From a bacterium (GTDB lineage: Bacteria > Verrucomicrobiota > Verrucomicrobiia > Chthoniobacterales > JAFAMB01), in the NCBI GenBank assembly GCA_046727075.1, contig JBKPBY010000053.1, forward strand, positions 13,078 through 77,077: a stretch of DNA of 64,000 nucleotides, given 5' to 3'. The position numbers and the translations under genes were made by a program. Shown in pieces: positions 47,289 through 56,308 of the stretch (within the stretch, counting starts at the first letter, position 1; every line of letters starts with the position of its first letter). The notes beneath the pieces were generated by a model. It saw nothing but the letters and a program-made list of their open reading frames with translations, made no database searches and was not told the DNA's origin.

Positions 47289-49517
47289 ATGGCTCGTAAG
47301 AAAGAATTGTCCGCATTTGATGTTCGGATCCTCGTCCTGGCCGGAATGATCCTCTCAGCCCTCCTCGGGATCGGACTCCGTCTCTGGTTCGTTCAGGTCG
47401 AGCTCAAAGACTATTACCGCAGCAGAATCCAGGGGGCATCCGAGGCCACGGTCCGGATCCCGGCGGTCCGCGGCGAAATACGGGACCGCAATGGCGTGGT
47501 CCTCGTGACGAATCGGCCAAGCTACGAAGTTGATCTTTATCTGCCTGATCTGGTCAACGGCTATAAGACGCGATACGGCCCCCCGCCTATGGTCGATTAT
47601 CGTCATAAGGACGGTAGCGGAATGCTGCACAATGAGCGCGAACCGGATATCGTCCAGATCGTCGACCAGATAGTCATGCCGCGGCTTGAAGCGATGCATC
47701 TGGCGCAACCGTATAACCCTGAAAGGTTGCGGACTCATTTCCGGACCCAGGAGCTTGTTCCATTCGCCTATGAGCAGGATCTGAAGTTTGCCACCTTCTC
47801 GAAATTTGCTGAGGAGAATGTCAATTTGCCGGGGGTACAAGTAAACGTGAGGCCGTTACGCAGATATGTATACGGTGCGTTGGCGGCCCATTTGCTCGGC
47901 TATGTCGGCGCTCCTAAAGACATCAGCAAGCTGCCCGATGTCAAAGATTTCAATTTCTATGAGCCCGAAGTCCAGGGTCGCACAAACATTGAATACACCA
48001 TGGACGAGGAGCTTCGCGGTAAGCCGGGGAAACGAATTTTGCGCAAGAACGCGAAAAACCAGTTCGAAGGTCAACCGCAGATCGTCCAACCCGTGCCCGG
48101 AGCAAATGTCTATCTGACCATTGATGCCAGGATCCAGTACATCGTAGAGCAGACGTTGCGCGCCGTTGGCCGCGCGGGTTGCGTCGTTATGGACCCGAAC
48201 AATGGGCAGGTTCTTGCGATGGCCTCGGTTCCCTCTTTTGATCCGAACAAGTTCATCCCTTCGATCTCTGCGAGCGACTGGGAGAAGGTCAAGGAGGGCG
48301 AAGCGAATCCTTTGGTCAACCGCGCGGTAAGCTCTTATGCGCCGGGCTCAACTTACAAGATCATTACGGCGCTTGCCGGACTGACCAAAGGGCTGGCCAA
48401 AGCGAGGTTTACCTGCACTGGAGGCATGACTTACGGCGACACCTACATGCATTGTTGGGGGCATCACGGAAAGCAGGATCTGGTCGAAGCGATCAAGAAC
48501 TCCTGTGACGCATATTTTTATCAATACGGCAACACAGCCGGCATCGACGCGATCGACAAAGTCGGCAACACCTTTGGGCTGGGAAAACCGACCGGAGTCG
48601 AGCTGACCAGCGAAGATCCAGGACTGCTACCTTCGCCGGATTGGCTTCAAACAAACCAAACTGAACGCTGGTCGCATGGCCAAACGGCAAACACATCAAT
48701 CGGGCAGGGGTACGTTCTGGCAAGCCCTCTGCAGATGGCGGTGGTGGCGTCAGCTGTAGCGAACGGCGGAACCGTCTATCAGCCGACTTTGATCTATCAG
48801 ACTCAACAAGCGGACGGCACAACCATAAGACGCCCTGCAAAAATCGTTGGCGATCTCAAGAGAGATAACGGGCTCACTCCAGATCTCATTGAATTGGTCC
48901 GAAAAGGAATGGACGAAGTCGTTAACGCTGATGACGGGACCGGGAAGAACGCCGCGGTCGACAATATCGAAGTAGCAGGCAAAACCGGTACCGCTCAATT
49001 CATGCGGAACGGCATAAAGGATGATCATACCTGGTTTGTTGCCTTTGCGCCGTACAAGAATCCGAAGATCGCGTTGGCCGTCATGGTCGAAGGTGGAAAA
49101 TCGGGTGGGGGAGTTGCAGCACCGATCGCAGCCGAACTAATCGAGAAGATCATGGCTCTCGACAAAGGCTACGATCCTGGTCTCAAACCTTTGGAACCGG
49201 CCATTGGGAACTTCAAGCTGGTCAAATCGGTCAGCTTCAACAACGGAAACGCGCTGCCTCAGCTAGCCTCTGCAGATGAAACCGATGAAGATGTGGCATC
49301 TGCCGGCCACGAAAACGGTTCAAGAAGCGGAGTCCGATCCGACAGGGCGGAACCAGATATCAGGCCGGATATACAACACGAAACACAACGGCGCGCTCGC
49401 GTTGCGCAAGCTCAACCCCCGCCCCAGCGCCACAGCTTCTTCGATTTCTTCAGGAGAAAACCTCAGCCACAGCCAACACCAGGCCAGCAGAAGAAAAAGC
49501 ATTTCTTGTTCTTCTGA
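47289..49517 (+). CDS. mrdA: penicillin-binding protein 2 (elongasome transpeptidase) with a long disordered C-terminal tail
   Basis: N-terminal TM anchor. STYK (SxxK), SCD, KTGTA. The last ~120 aa are low-complexity and basic. Confidence 0.9.
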   Translation: MARKKELSAFDVRILVLAGMILSALLGIGLRLWFVQVELKDYYRSRIQGASEATVRIPAVRGEIRDRNGVVLVTNRPSYEVDLYLPDLVNGYKTRYGPPPMVDYRHKDGSGMLHNEREPDIVQIVDQIVMPRLEAMHLAQPYNPERLRTHFRTQELVPFAYEQDLKFATFSKFAEENVNLPGVQVNVRPLRRYVYGALAAHLLGYVGAPKDISKLPDVKDFNFYEPEVQGRTNIEYTMDEELRGKPGKRILRKNAKNQFEGQPQIVQPVPGANVYLTIDARIQYIVEQTLRAVGRAGCVVMDPNNGQVLAMASVPSFDPNKFIPSISASDWEKVKEGEANPLVNRAVSSYAPGSTYKIITALAGLTKGLAKARFTCTGGMTYGDTYMHCWGHHGKQDLVEAIKNSCDAYFYQYGNTAGIDAIDKVGNTFGLGKPTGVELTSEDPGLLPSPDWLQTNQTERWSHGQTANTSIGQGYVLASPLQMAVVASAVANGGTVYQPTLIYQTQQADGTTIRRPAKIVGDLKRDNGLTPDLIELVRKGMDEVVNADDGTGKNAAVDNIEVAGKTGTAQFMRNGIKDDHTWFVAFAPYKNPKIALAVMVEGGKSGGGVAAPIAAELIEKIMALDKGYDPGLKPLEPAIGNFKLVKSVSFNNGNALPQLASADETDEDVASAGHENGSRSGVRSDRAEPDIRPDIQHETQRRARVAQAQPPPQRHSFFDFFRRKPQPQPTPGQQKKKHFLFF

Positions 49518-49558
49518 CGCTGTAGGGCGGCGTTCGCCGCTTTCGTATCGGCGTGTGA

Positions 49559-49620
49559 GCGTGACGGCGTATCGGCGTTTTTGGAAATCGAGCGCTCGAT
49601 CACGCCGTTACGCCGACACG
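49559..49620. terminator. nested hairpin between convergent mrdA and the LysR gene
   Basis: GCGTGACGGCGTATCGGCG (49559-49577) pairs with CGCCGTTACGCCGACACG (49603-49620), 16 of 18. The perfect palindrome ATCGAGCGCTCGAT (49587-49600) sits in the loop. Confidence 0.55.
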
Positions 49621-50483
49621 TCTCTACCCATCTCGTCCATCAGCGCATTCAATGCCGCTGACCGCCACCCTCGGCGCCAGATCAACATCACTTTCGCTTT
49701 CGCAATTGCCGATGGCAGCCTGCAAACGCTCACATCGTTCAGTGCCCGCAACGCCTGAAGTACAGATCGCGGAACAAGGGCCACTCCGGTTCCGGCCGCG
49801 ACACAAGCAACAATCGCGTGATAGGACGCAAACTCCAGAACCCGCTCGGGTACGATCTTTCCCTGATAAAGCCAGTTCTCCAACACGCGCCGATAAGCGC
49901 AGCCAGACGAGAATGCGATGATGGTTCGTTGCCCGATCTCCTGAGCTTTCGCCGTTTTCGGCAAATTCTTCGGCCCGATTAGAACAAGCTCTTCATCAAA
50001 TGCCGGTCGCATCTCGAGTTGATCCGTGATGAACGGTTGGGCGACGAACGCGGCTTCAATTTCGAAATCAAGTACCTTCCCAATCAGCGCGTCGGTTGTG
50101 CCTGTCACAAGATCGACTTGTACCTCGGGATGATCCCGATGGAACCGTGACAGGACCGGCGGGAGACCTGTCGCCGCAACGCTTTCGATTGTGCCCATCC
50201 GAAAAACTCCATGCGGTCTCCCGTTTCGTAACGCCGCCTCGGCCTCGGTGGAAAGACGAAGCAAACGCTCGGCATAACCCAGAAGCAACTTGCCTTCGGG
50301 CGAGAGTGTCAGTTTGCGTTTCCGGCGATGGAACAGTTCGACGCCTAAACGCTCTTCCAGCTGTTTAACCCGGGTCGTTACACTCGATTGAACTCGGTTC
50401 AATCGCGCAGCGGCTTTTGTGATACCACCATGTTCGGCCACCGCTCGAAAGATCTGAAGCGCTTCCAAATCGAGCGTTCTCAT
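49608..50483 (-). CDS. LysR-family transcriptional regulator
   Basis: 291 aa. LEALQIFRAVAEHGGITKAAARLNRVQSSVTTRVKQLE HTH. Divergent from the MFS gene. Confidence 0.9.
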   Translation of the reverse strand: MRTLDLEALQIFRAVAEHGGITKAAARLNRVQSSVTTRVKQLEERLGVELFHRRKRKLTLSPEGKLLLGYAERLLRLSTEAEAALRNGRPHGVFRMGTIESVAATGLPPVLSRFHRDHPEVQVDLVTGTTDALIGKVLDFEIEAAFVAQPFITDQLEMRPAFDEELVLIGPKNLPKTAKAQEIGQRTIIAFSSGCAYRRVLENWLYQGKIVPERVLEFASYHAIVACVAAGTGVALVPRSVLQALRALNDVSVCRLPSAIAKAKVMLIWRRGWRSAALNALMDEMGRDVSA

Positions 50484-50520
50484 AACGAGAACTATTCATC
50501 TCAAATATTCATTTTTCAAG

Positions 50521-51819
50521 ATGTATGTGCGGGCTGAGTATTCGCGGGTGACTCAAACCTCAAAATGGGACACGCCACCGGGTGACACCGCAACCGCGCT
50601 AACAGCCCGTGTCGCGCCGGCATGCCCAACGAAGCCACGACGGAGTTGGAAACCTTGGCGAAGGCGGAATCCAGTTTTTGGCGCTATCGCTGGCCTGATC
50701 GCACTGGCTGCAGCGATGGGGATCGGCCGTTTCGCGTTTACACCGGTGCTGCCAATGATGCAGGCCGATGCCGGTGTCACCATCGCCGCCGGCGCTTGGT
50801 TGGCTTCGGCGAATTACATCGGTTATTTTATTGGCTCGCTTTCCGCACTGGTTCTGCGGGTCCAGCCCGCGACAGCAATCCGTACCGGTCTTGCAGTAAT
50901 CGGCATCAGCACGTTGGGGATGGGATTCCAGCATGATGTCGCGTTTTGGGCCCTGCTGCGTGCGCTAGCCGGAATTGGAAGCGCTCTGGTTTTGATCTTT
51001 GTTTTCGCGTGGAGCGCTGATCAGTTCGCTCATCACCGGCATCATTGGTTCAGTGGTATTGTTTTCGCAGGAACCGGAGTCGGAGTTGCCATTTCCGGTG
51101 GACTCTGCCTCTGGCTGGGGCGGGCGAATGCTAACTCCGATACCGCCTGGATTCTCCTCGGAATCCTCTCTAGTGCCTTCGCCATTATCGTCTGGTTCGC
51201 GTTCGGCACAGATGGCGCTTCGAAAACAGTCCCGGAATCTGGAGGAACACTGTGGAGCCTCGAATCGCTACGGCTCATCGGATGTTATGGAGTATTCGGC
51301 TACGGTTATATCATCCCGGCCACATTCCTGCCTGTTATGGCGCGTGCGATCATTCCTGATCCCGCACTTTTTGGTTGGGCATGGCCGATTTTTGGTTCCG
51401 CGGCTGTGATATCCACTTTCTTAACCGCACGGTTCGCCCGCCGGTTCACTCATCGCACTATTTGGATTGGCGCCCATTTTGTCATGGCTGTAGGAATCTT
51501 TCTCCCGGCGCTTTTGCCCACGCTTTCCGCTATCCTGATCGCGGCCATCCTGGTTGGAGGCACATTCATGGTCGTTCCAATGGCGGCGATGCAGGAAGCG
51601 CGCTCGATTGCCGGCGCAAAACATTCAGCAGTCCTAATTGCTGCGATGACTTCCGCATTCGCACTAGGCCAGATTATCGGCCCGATTACCGTCGGTTGGC
51701 TGGTCGGCCCCCAAGGCACCAACCTCTCGGCCTCTCTCTATATTGCCGGCGGACTCTTAGTTTTTTCGGCCCTCGTCCTGATCAAGGGGCGAAAGCCGCG
51801 AATCAAAATAGCCTCCTAG
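50521..51819 (+). CDS. MFS transporter, YbfB/YjiJ-like (start codon uncertain)
   Basis: GIGRFAFTPVLPMM motif and 12 TM helices. The first ~50 codons are Arg-rich and contain a REP half-site (CTTGGCGAAGGCGGA), so the true start may be downstream of ATG 50521. Confidence 0.8.
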   Translation: MYVRAEYSRVTQTSKWDTPPGDTATALTARVAPACPTKPRRSWKPWRRRNPVFGAIAGLIALAAAMGIGRFAFTPVLPMMQADAGVTIAAGAWLASANYIGYFIGSLSALVLRVQPATAIRTGLAVIGISTLGMGFQHDVAFWALLRALAGIGSALVLIFVFAWSADQFAHHRHHWFSGIVFAGTGVGVAISGGLCLWLGRANANSDTAWILLGILSSAFAIIVWFAFGTDGASKTVPESGGTLWSLESLRLIGCYGVFGYGYIIPATFLPVMARAIIPDPALFGWAWPIFGSAAVISTFLTARFARRFTHRTIWIGAHFVMAVGIFLPALLPTLSAILIAAILVGGTFMVVPMAAMQEARSIAGAKHSAVLIAAMTSAFALGQIIGPITVGWLVGPQGTNLSASLYIAGGLLVFSALVLIKGRKPRIKIAS

Positions 51820-51867
51820 GGCTACGCTTTCGCTTCGCCCTCTAGGCTATTTTGATTCGCGGCTTCC
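51791..51867. repeat. 23-bp-arm hairpin enclosing the MFS stop codon
   Basis: GAAAGCCGCGAATCAAAATAGCC (51791-51813) versus GGCTATTTTGATTCGCGGCTTCC (51845-51867), 22 of 23 complementary. The TAG stop at 51817-51819 lies in the loop. Confidence 0.85.
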
Positions 51868-51908
51868 GCCGCTTGCTGACCCCTGGCACCCACACTCATC
51901 GCTCCTCC

Positions 51909-51979
51909 GCGCCAAACGCGAAACGCCAGAACCTGTCGGGCCGTAGGCTTGGCGAAGGCGGACGCCGAACGCCAAACGC
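51909..51979. repeat. REP-like element, short variant, forward
   Basis: GCGCCAAACGCGAAACGCCAGAACCTGTCGGGCCGTAGGCTTGGCGAAGGCGGACGCCGAACGCCAAACGC. It lacks the inner TCCGGCC/CGGAC stem. Confidence 0.9.
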
Positions 51980-52099
51980 ACTTGTGACTTGCAATGATCT
52001 AGTGTACTACTGCCCCCAACCCGTAGAGAATAGGATGTAGGCTATTCCGCTCCCCCCCACGATTTTTCTTGAACAAACCGAGCTTGACCGAGCTTCATC

Positions 52100-53191
52100 A
52101 TGTTTTCACGAATCCCTTTCCATCGAGTTAATTGGCTGATTAGTTCATTCCTCATAGGCACGTTGTTTCTTTCGATTACCACTGTGCCTGTCTATCTCTG
52201 GTTCTACGGACTCGATTGGTTCCAGGTGGTTCTGTTCTTTGTGATGTTCTGTACGGTTGGTTTTTCGGTCACAGTCGGCTATCACCGGCTTTTTTCGCAC
52301 TTGGCGTTCCAAGCGCATTGGTCGGTTCGATTGTTCACCTTAATATTGGGCGCTGGAGCATTCGAAAATTCGGTCTTGCTGTGGGCGTGCGAACATCGCA
52401 ATCACCACAAGCACGTCGACCACGAGGAAGACGATCCCTACTGTATCTCTAAGGGATTGTTCCACGCTCATATGGGGTGGTTAATGTTCAAGCTCGATCC
52501 ACCGCCACCGTTCGACAATGTCACCGATCTGCAGAAAGATTCGCTTGTGGTGTGGCAGAACCGCTACATCCATTGGATCGCAGCGATTGTTGCTTTCGTT
52601 CTGCCGACAGTCATCGGATATCTCTGGGGCGGCTGGGTATCAGCCCTGGGCGCGTTTCTGATCGCCGGCGTCGCTCGCGTGGTGATTCTTCAGCACTGCA
52701 CCTTCTGCATCAACTCACTCTGTCACTATATCGGGAAGCAACCGTACTCTTCCAAATGCAGCGCTCGCGACTCTTGGCTGATGGCCATCGTGACGTTTGG
52801 CGAAGGCTACCATAACTATCATCACGAATTTCAGCACGACTACCGTAATGGCGTAAAACCGTGGCAGATTGATCCCACCAAATGGATCATTTGGCTGCTC
52901 TCCAAAACCGGTTTAGTACGAAAACTTCGACGTGTTCCCACCGAAAAAATCCTGCTGGCTGAGCTTGCTGAGGCACGGCGCCAGCTTGAAGAAAGGCTGG
53001 CTCAACCCGGTCTGCCAGAGATCGCCGTTATCTACATTACAGATGCGTACCATCGCCTCGAAGTAGCGGCTCAAGAATGGGCCAGGCACAAAGCGCAACA
53101 ACTCGAGGTCACGCGCGAAATGCTTCTGGAGCTTCGCCGAGAAATCCGCTCCGCTCTCGCCCTAACCACCAAATTCCCGCTACACGCGTAA
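52100..53191 (+). CDS. acyl-CoA (delta-9-type) fatty-acid desaturase
   Basis: 363 aa. Three His boxes HRLFSH, HRNHHKH and HNYHHEF, four TM helices, and a ~90-aa helical C-terminal extension. Confidence 0.9.
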   Translation: MFSRIPFHRVNWLISSFLIGTLFLSITTVPVYLWFYGLDWFQVVLFFVMFCTVGFSVTVGYHRLFSHLAFQAHWSVRLFTLILGAGAFENSVLLWACEHRNHHKHVDHEEDDPYCISKGLFHAHMGWLMFKLDPPPPFDNVTDLQKDSLVVWQNRYIHWIAAIVAFVLPTVIGYLWGGWVSALGAFLIAGVARVVILQHCTFCINSLCHYIGKQPYSSKCSARDSWLMAIVTFGEGYHNYHHEFQHDYRNGVKPWQIDPTKWIIWLLSKTGLVRKLRRVPTEKILLAELAEARRQLEERLAQPGLPEIAVIYITDAYHRLEVAAQEWARHKAQQLEVTREMLLELRREIRSALALTTKFPLHA

Positions 53192-53254
53192 CGCTTGGCG
53201 TTTCGTGTCCGCCTTCGCTAAGCCTACGGCGCGACAGGTTTTGGCGTTTCGCGC
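53186..53254. repeat. REP-like element, short variant, inverted
   Basis: A 47-nt core GTCCGCCTTCGCTAAGCCTACGGCGCGACAGGTTTTGGCGTTTCGCG matches the reverse complement of 51909-51979 with 3 mismatches. It overlaps the desaturase stop codon. Confidence 0.9.
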
Positions 53255-53441
53255 TCTTCCGTTCCCAGCATTCAGCCGCCTGCGGGAACGATTTTCGGTT
53301 ATCGGTTTTCCGTTTTCGGTTCTCGCGAATGCGAGTGTTGGTGTGTGTGCGAGTAAGAATCTCGCCGCCCTCGCCCCCCCGCTTTTCGTATTCAGTTCCC
53401 GCTCGATCCCGTTCGATCCCGCTCGTTCAGCCCTTTCATGG

Positions 53442-54299
53442 CTATCCGTCCCACGCTGCCAAAAAACCTTCTATCAATTGCGGTAATTCATCGCTGTAAC
53501 CGCCCTCCAGAATCGGCGCTACCGGAACGCCCGCTTCTTTCAGTCGCTGTCCAAATTCCGCGAAATGCTCCAGTTCCAAAGTCATTTCAGTGATAGGATC
53601 GCCGACGAACGCATCGAACCCTGCAGATACCAGGAGAATGTCTGGCGCAAACTCCAGTAAATGATCCAGTGCTTTGTGCACGGCCGCGGCATGCACCTTG
53701 GCCGCAGTTCCCGGCATAATCGGCCAATTCAAAACGTTTTCTCGCGAACTCAAGCCGGTGCCAGGATACCCAGGATATTGATGAATCGATGCGAACCGGA
53801 TTCGTTGGTTCCCGAAGACGATCTCCTCCGTTCCGTTCCCGTGATGCGCGTCGAAATCCCAGATCGCCACCCGTTCGCATCCCATCCAAAGCGCATAACG
53901 CGCCGCGATTGCAATCGAGTTCAGATAACAGAATCCCATCGCCGTATTTGGCGTAGCGTGATGCCCAGGCGGGCGCATCAAAGAAAAGGCTCGCTCCCCG
54001 CTGAGCGCGAGGTCGACACACCCGATTGCTGCACCTGCTGCCCGTCGCGCGTGCTGCTCAATATTCGGATAAAAAGGCGTATCGGCATCAAAATCGGTGG
54101 GGATTCGAAGCCGCTCTAAATGGACGTCGCTGTGAACCCGCAAAACGTCTTCGTCCTTGGCCGGCTCAGGTTTGAGCCATTTCCAGTCGGGATGCTCATC
54201 CATGAGATAAGCGCGCGTATTTGAGACCCTGGCGGGCCGTTCCGGATGGCCTTCTATCCCAAACTTGGTCGCCGCCTCATCAAAGAGGACCGTCAGCAT
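53442..54299 (-). CDS. histone-deacetylase-family (AcuC/acetylpolyamine amidohydrolase-like) enzyme
   Basis: RPPGHHA and WDFDAHHGNGT motifs. Start taken at ATG 54299 (MLTVLFDE). Confidence 0.85.
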   Translation of the reverse strand: MLTVLFDEAATKFGIEGHPERPARVSNTRAYLMDEHPDWKWLKPEPAKDEDVLRVHSDVHLERLRIPTDFDADTPFYPNIEQHARRAAGAAIGCVDLALSGERAFSLMRPPGHHATPNTAMGFCYLNSIAIAARYALWMGCERVAIWDFDAHHGNGTEEIVFGNQRIRFASIHQYPGYPGTGLSSRENVLNWPIMPGTAAKVHAAAVHKALDHLLEFAPDILLVSAGFDAFVGDPITEMTLELEHFAEFGQRLKEAGVPVAPILEGGYSDELPQLIEGFLAAWDG

Positions 54300-54796
54300 G
54301 CCCAAACGATAGCCTCTGGTCCATGAGACCGCAAAACAACGCCGCCATCGGGGATCCCGCCTAGGCGGGACCGTCATTGCCGGGAACTGAAGAACGAGAC
54401 GGGAGAGCTGATGAACCGGCACAATTCGCCAGAGAAAAGAACGCTAAAGCCGCTGAAGCACGGTCCGCGCCCCCTCAGCTTCGGCGCTTAGTTTGACGAG
54501 CCAGGAGTCAGAATTCAGAATCCCGGTGGCAACTCATTGGGAAAGTGACACGTTTCCCGACTGACACTGACACTCTCTCCCAACTGCCAACTCATCTCCA
54601 AAAAAAGGCCCAAATAATTGAGGACATAGTCCGGTACAGCCCCGAGCCCTTCCCAGCCTTCTTTCTTGCCTTTTCCCAACCTGCCTAATATCTTGCCCCC
54701 AGTTGTACTTGTTCTTTATCCGTTTCAGAAAATACTCCTATAGCGCAGGCCGGCTTTTCTAGAGCAGGCCTGTCTCTTTTTTGCGCCTGCCCATGA

Positions 54797-56308
54797 ATGC
54801 TAATCGCAGCTCCTGCCTTTGCCAACGCGTCCTTCGTAGCCCGGCAGGAAGCGCTTGACTTTCTTTTCGCGCAAGCCACGATCGGGCTCCTCTCTCCTGT
54901 GTGGGTTCGCTTGATCGTTTTGGGACTTTCGCTGGGCGCCAGCGGGTTGCTGCGCGGCGCGAGCACGGACATTTCGGTATTGCGCGAGCAGCTCGCCGCT
55001 GCACAGGAAGAAAAAGATAATCCAGCGATTATTGAACTCAGCCGGAGACTGGTTGATGCTGTTCCGCAGGACTCAAGCGTCTGGGAAACGCTCGCCCGGG
55101 CTCAACTGGCCGCTGCCAAGGAAGCTCCACCGGCACTGGCCGATTCGAGTTATCAACGATGTGCCGAAACACTTGCTGCATGGGAAAAGAAAATCGCGCC
55201 GCGGCCCTCTGTGATTGACGATCTACGCGGCGACCTTTCTGCGGCCCGCGACGATTATCGAGCGGCCGAAATCTGTTGGCGCGCGTTCGTAACTGCTAGC
55301 CCTAAGGCTGCCCACACACTCGACAAACTCGCGGACAGACTGACCATCGAAGAAAAATGGAATGAGGCGCTGGAACTGCGGACGCGTTCATTGGCCATAG
55401 AGGATACGGTCGAACGCCGGCTGGAACGAGCTAACCTTTATCTTGAGCTCCACCATTGGGATAAGGCCCTGGCCGATGCTGATAAAGCGAATGAAATGGA
55501 TCCGGCTAATCCGGCGGCTAAGGCTTCTCGGCCAAAATTTGAGCTTTTGAAGAAGTTTCTCCCGCGGATTAAAGCGCTCGATCTTCAGGTCGCAAAAACG
55601 CCGCGAACGGTAGCACCCTTGCTCGATCGCGCGCGCCTCTTCACGATGGTGGGCGCGCCATCCCTCGCACTCAAAGATTCACAACAGGCGATGAAAATTG
55701 CGCCGGGCGCCATGCGTCCACGGATCCAGGCAGGTGAAGCGCTGCTCGATCTGGCCAGATCCGACGCCGCGAAGCTTGAGGAAGCTGCCAAACTCAGCGT
55801 TAGCCATGACATCGCGCGGGATAAAACCGGTCATGTCGACGAAGCGACATTAAGAGCACTTGGCGATTGCGATGCTTTCATTCTGCTGAACCCGAAGAAA
55901 GCGGATGCATTTGCCGGTCGCGCAAAAGTGCTGCGGCGTCTCAACCAGAATGTCCTGGCACTTGCCGACGCTCAAGCTGCTTTAACCCTGGACCCAAATC
56001 TGGCCGATGCGCATTTTCAGGCCGCGCACGCCTTGGACGTATTAGGCCGACCAAAGGAAGCTATTTCGCATGCTGAGAAAGCTACAACGTTGAACCCGAC
56101 GGACCCGGTGATGTGGTACTATCGCGGCTTACTCGAAGCTCAGCGCGCTGATTTTCCCGCCGCAATTCGCTCACAAACAGAGTCGCTCGCCATTCGTGAA
56201 TCGTACGTGGCGTTGGCCGAAAGAGAAAAATGCGAGCGCCGGACCGGACGATTAGCCGAAGCGGATGCCGACGCCACCCGTCTCAAACAATTAACTCTGC
56301 CTCAATAG
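54797..56308 (+). CDS. TPR-repeat protein (start uncertain; GTG 54899 gives a signal-peptide-like N-terminus)
   Basis: Multiple TPR-like helical pairs (ALADADKANEMDPANP, ALADAQAALTLDPNLADAHFQAAHAL, HAEKATTLNPTDPVMWYYRG). The stop TAG overlaps the A2M GTG (TAGTG). Confidence 0.7.
   Translation: MLIAAPAFANASFVARQEALDFLFAQATIGLLSPVWVRLIVLGLSLGASGLLRGASTDISVLREQLAAAQEEKDNPAIIELSRRLVDAVPQDSSVWETLARAQLAAAKEAPPALADSSYQRCAETLAAWEKKIAPRPSVIDDLRGDLSAARDDYRAAEICWRAFVTASPKAAHTLDKLADRLTIEEKWNEALELRTRSLAIEDTVERRLERANLYLELHHWDKALADADKANEMDPANPAAKASRPKFELLKKFLPRIKALDLQVAKTPRTVAPLLDRARLFTMVGAPSLALKDSQQAMKIAPGAMRPRIQAGEALLDLARSDAAKLEEAAKLSVSHDIARDKTGHVDEATLRALGDCDAFILLNPKKADAFAGRAKVLRRLNQNVLALADAQAALTLDPNLADAHFQAAHALDVLGRPKEAISHAEKATTLNPTDPVMWYYRGLLEAQRADFPAAIRSQTESLAIRESYVALAEREKCERRTGRLAEADADATRLKQLTLPQ

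Noticed and set aside
44521-51867. Apparent inversion of the 27-bp core between the two copies of the 51791-51867 element (an invertible-switch idea)
   Set aside because: The full element has near-identical inverted arms. The 44.5-kb copy is therefore simply the reverse-oriented element missing one arm, and no inversion needs to be invoked.
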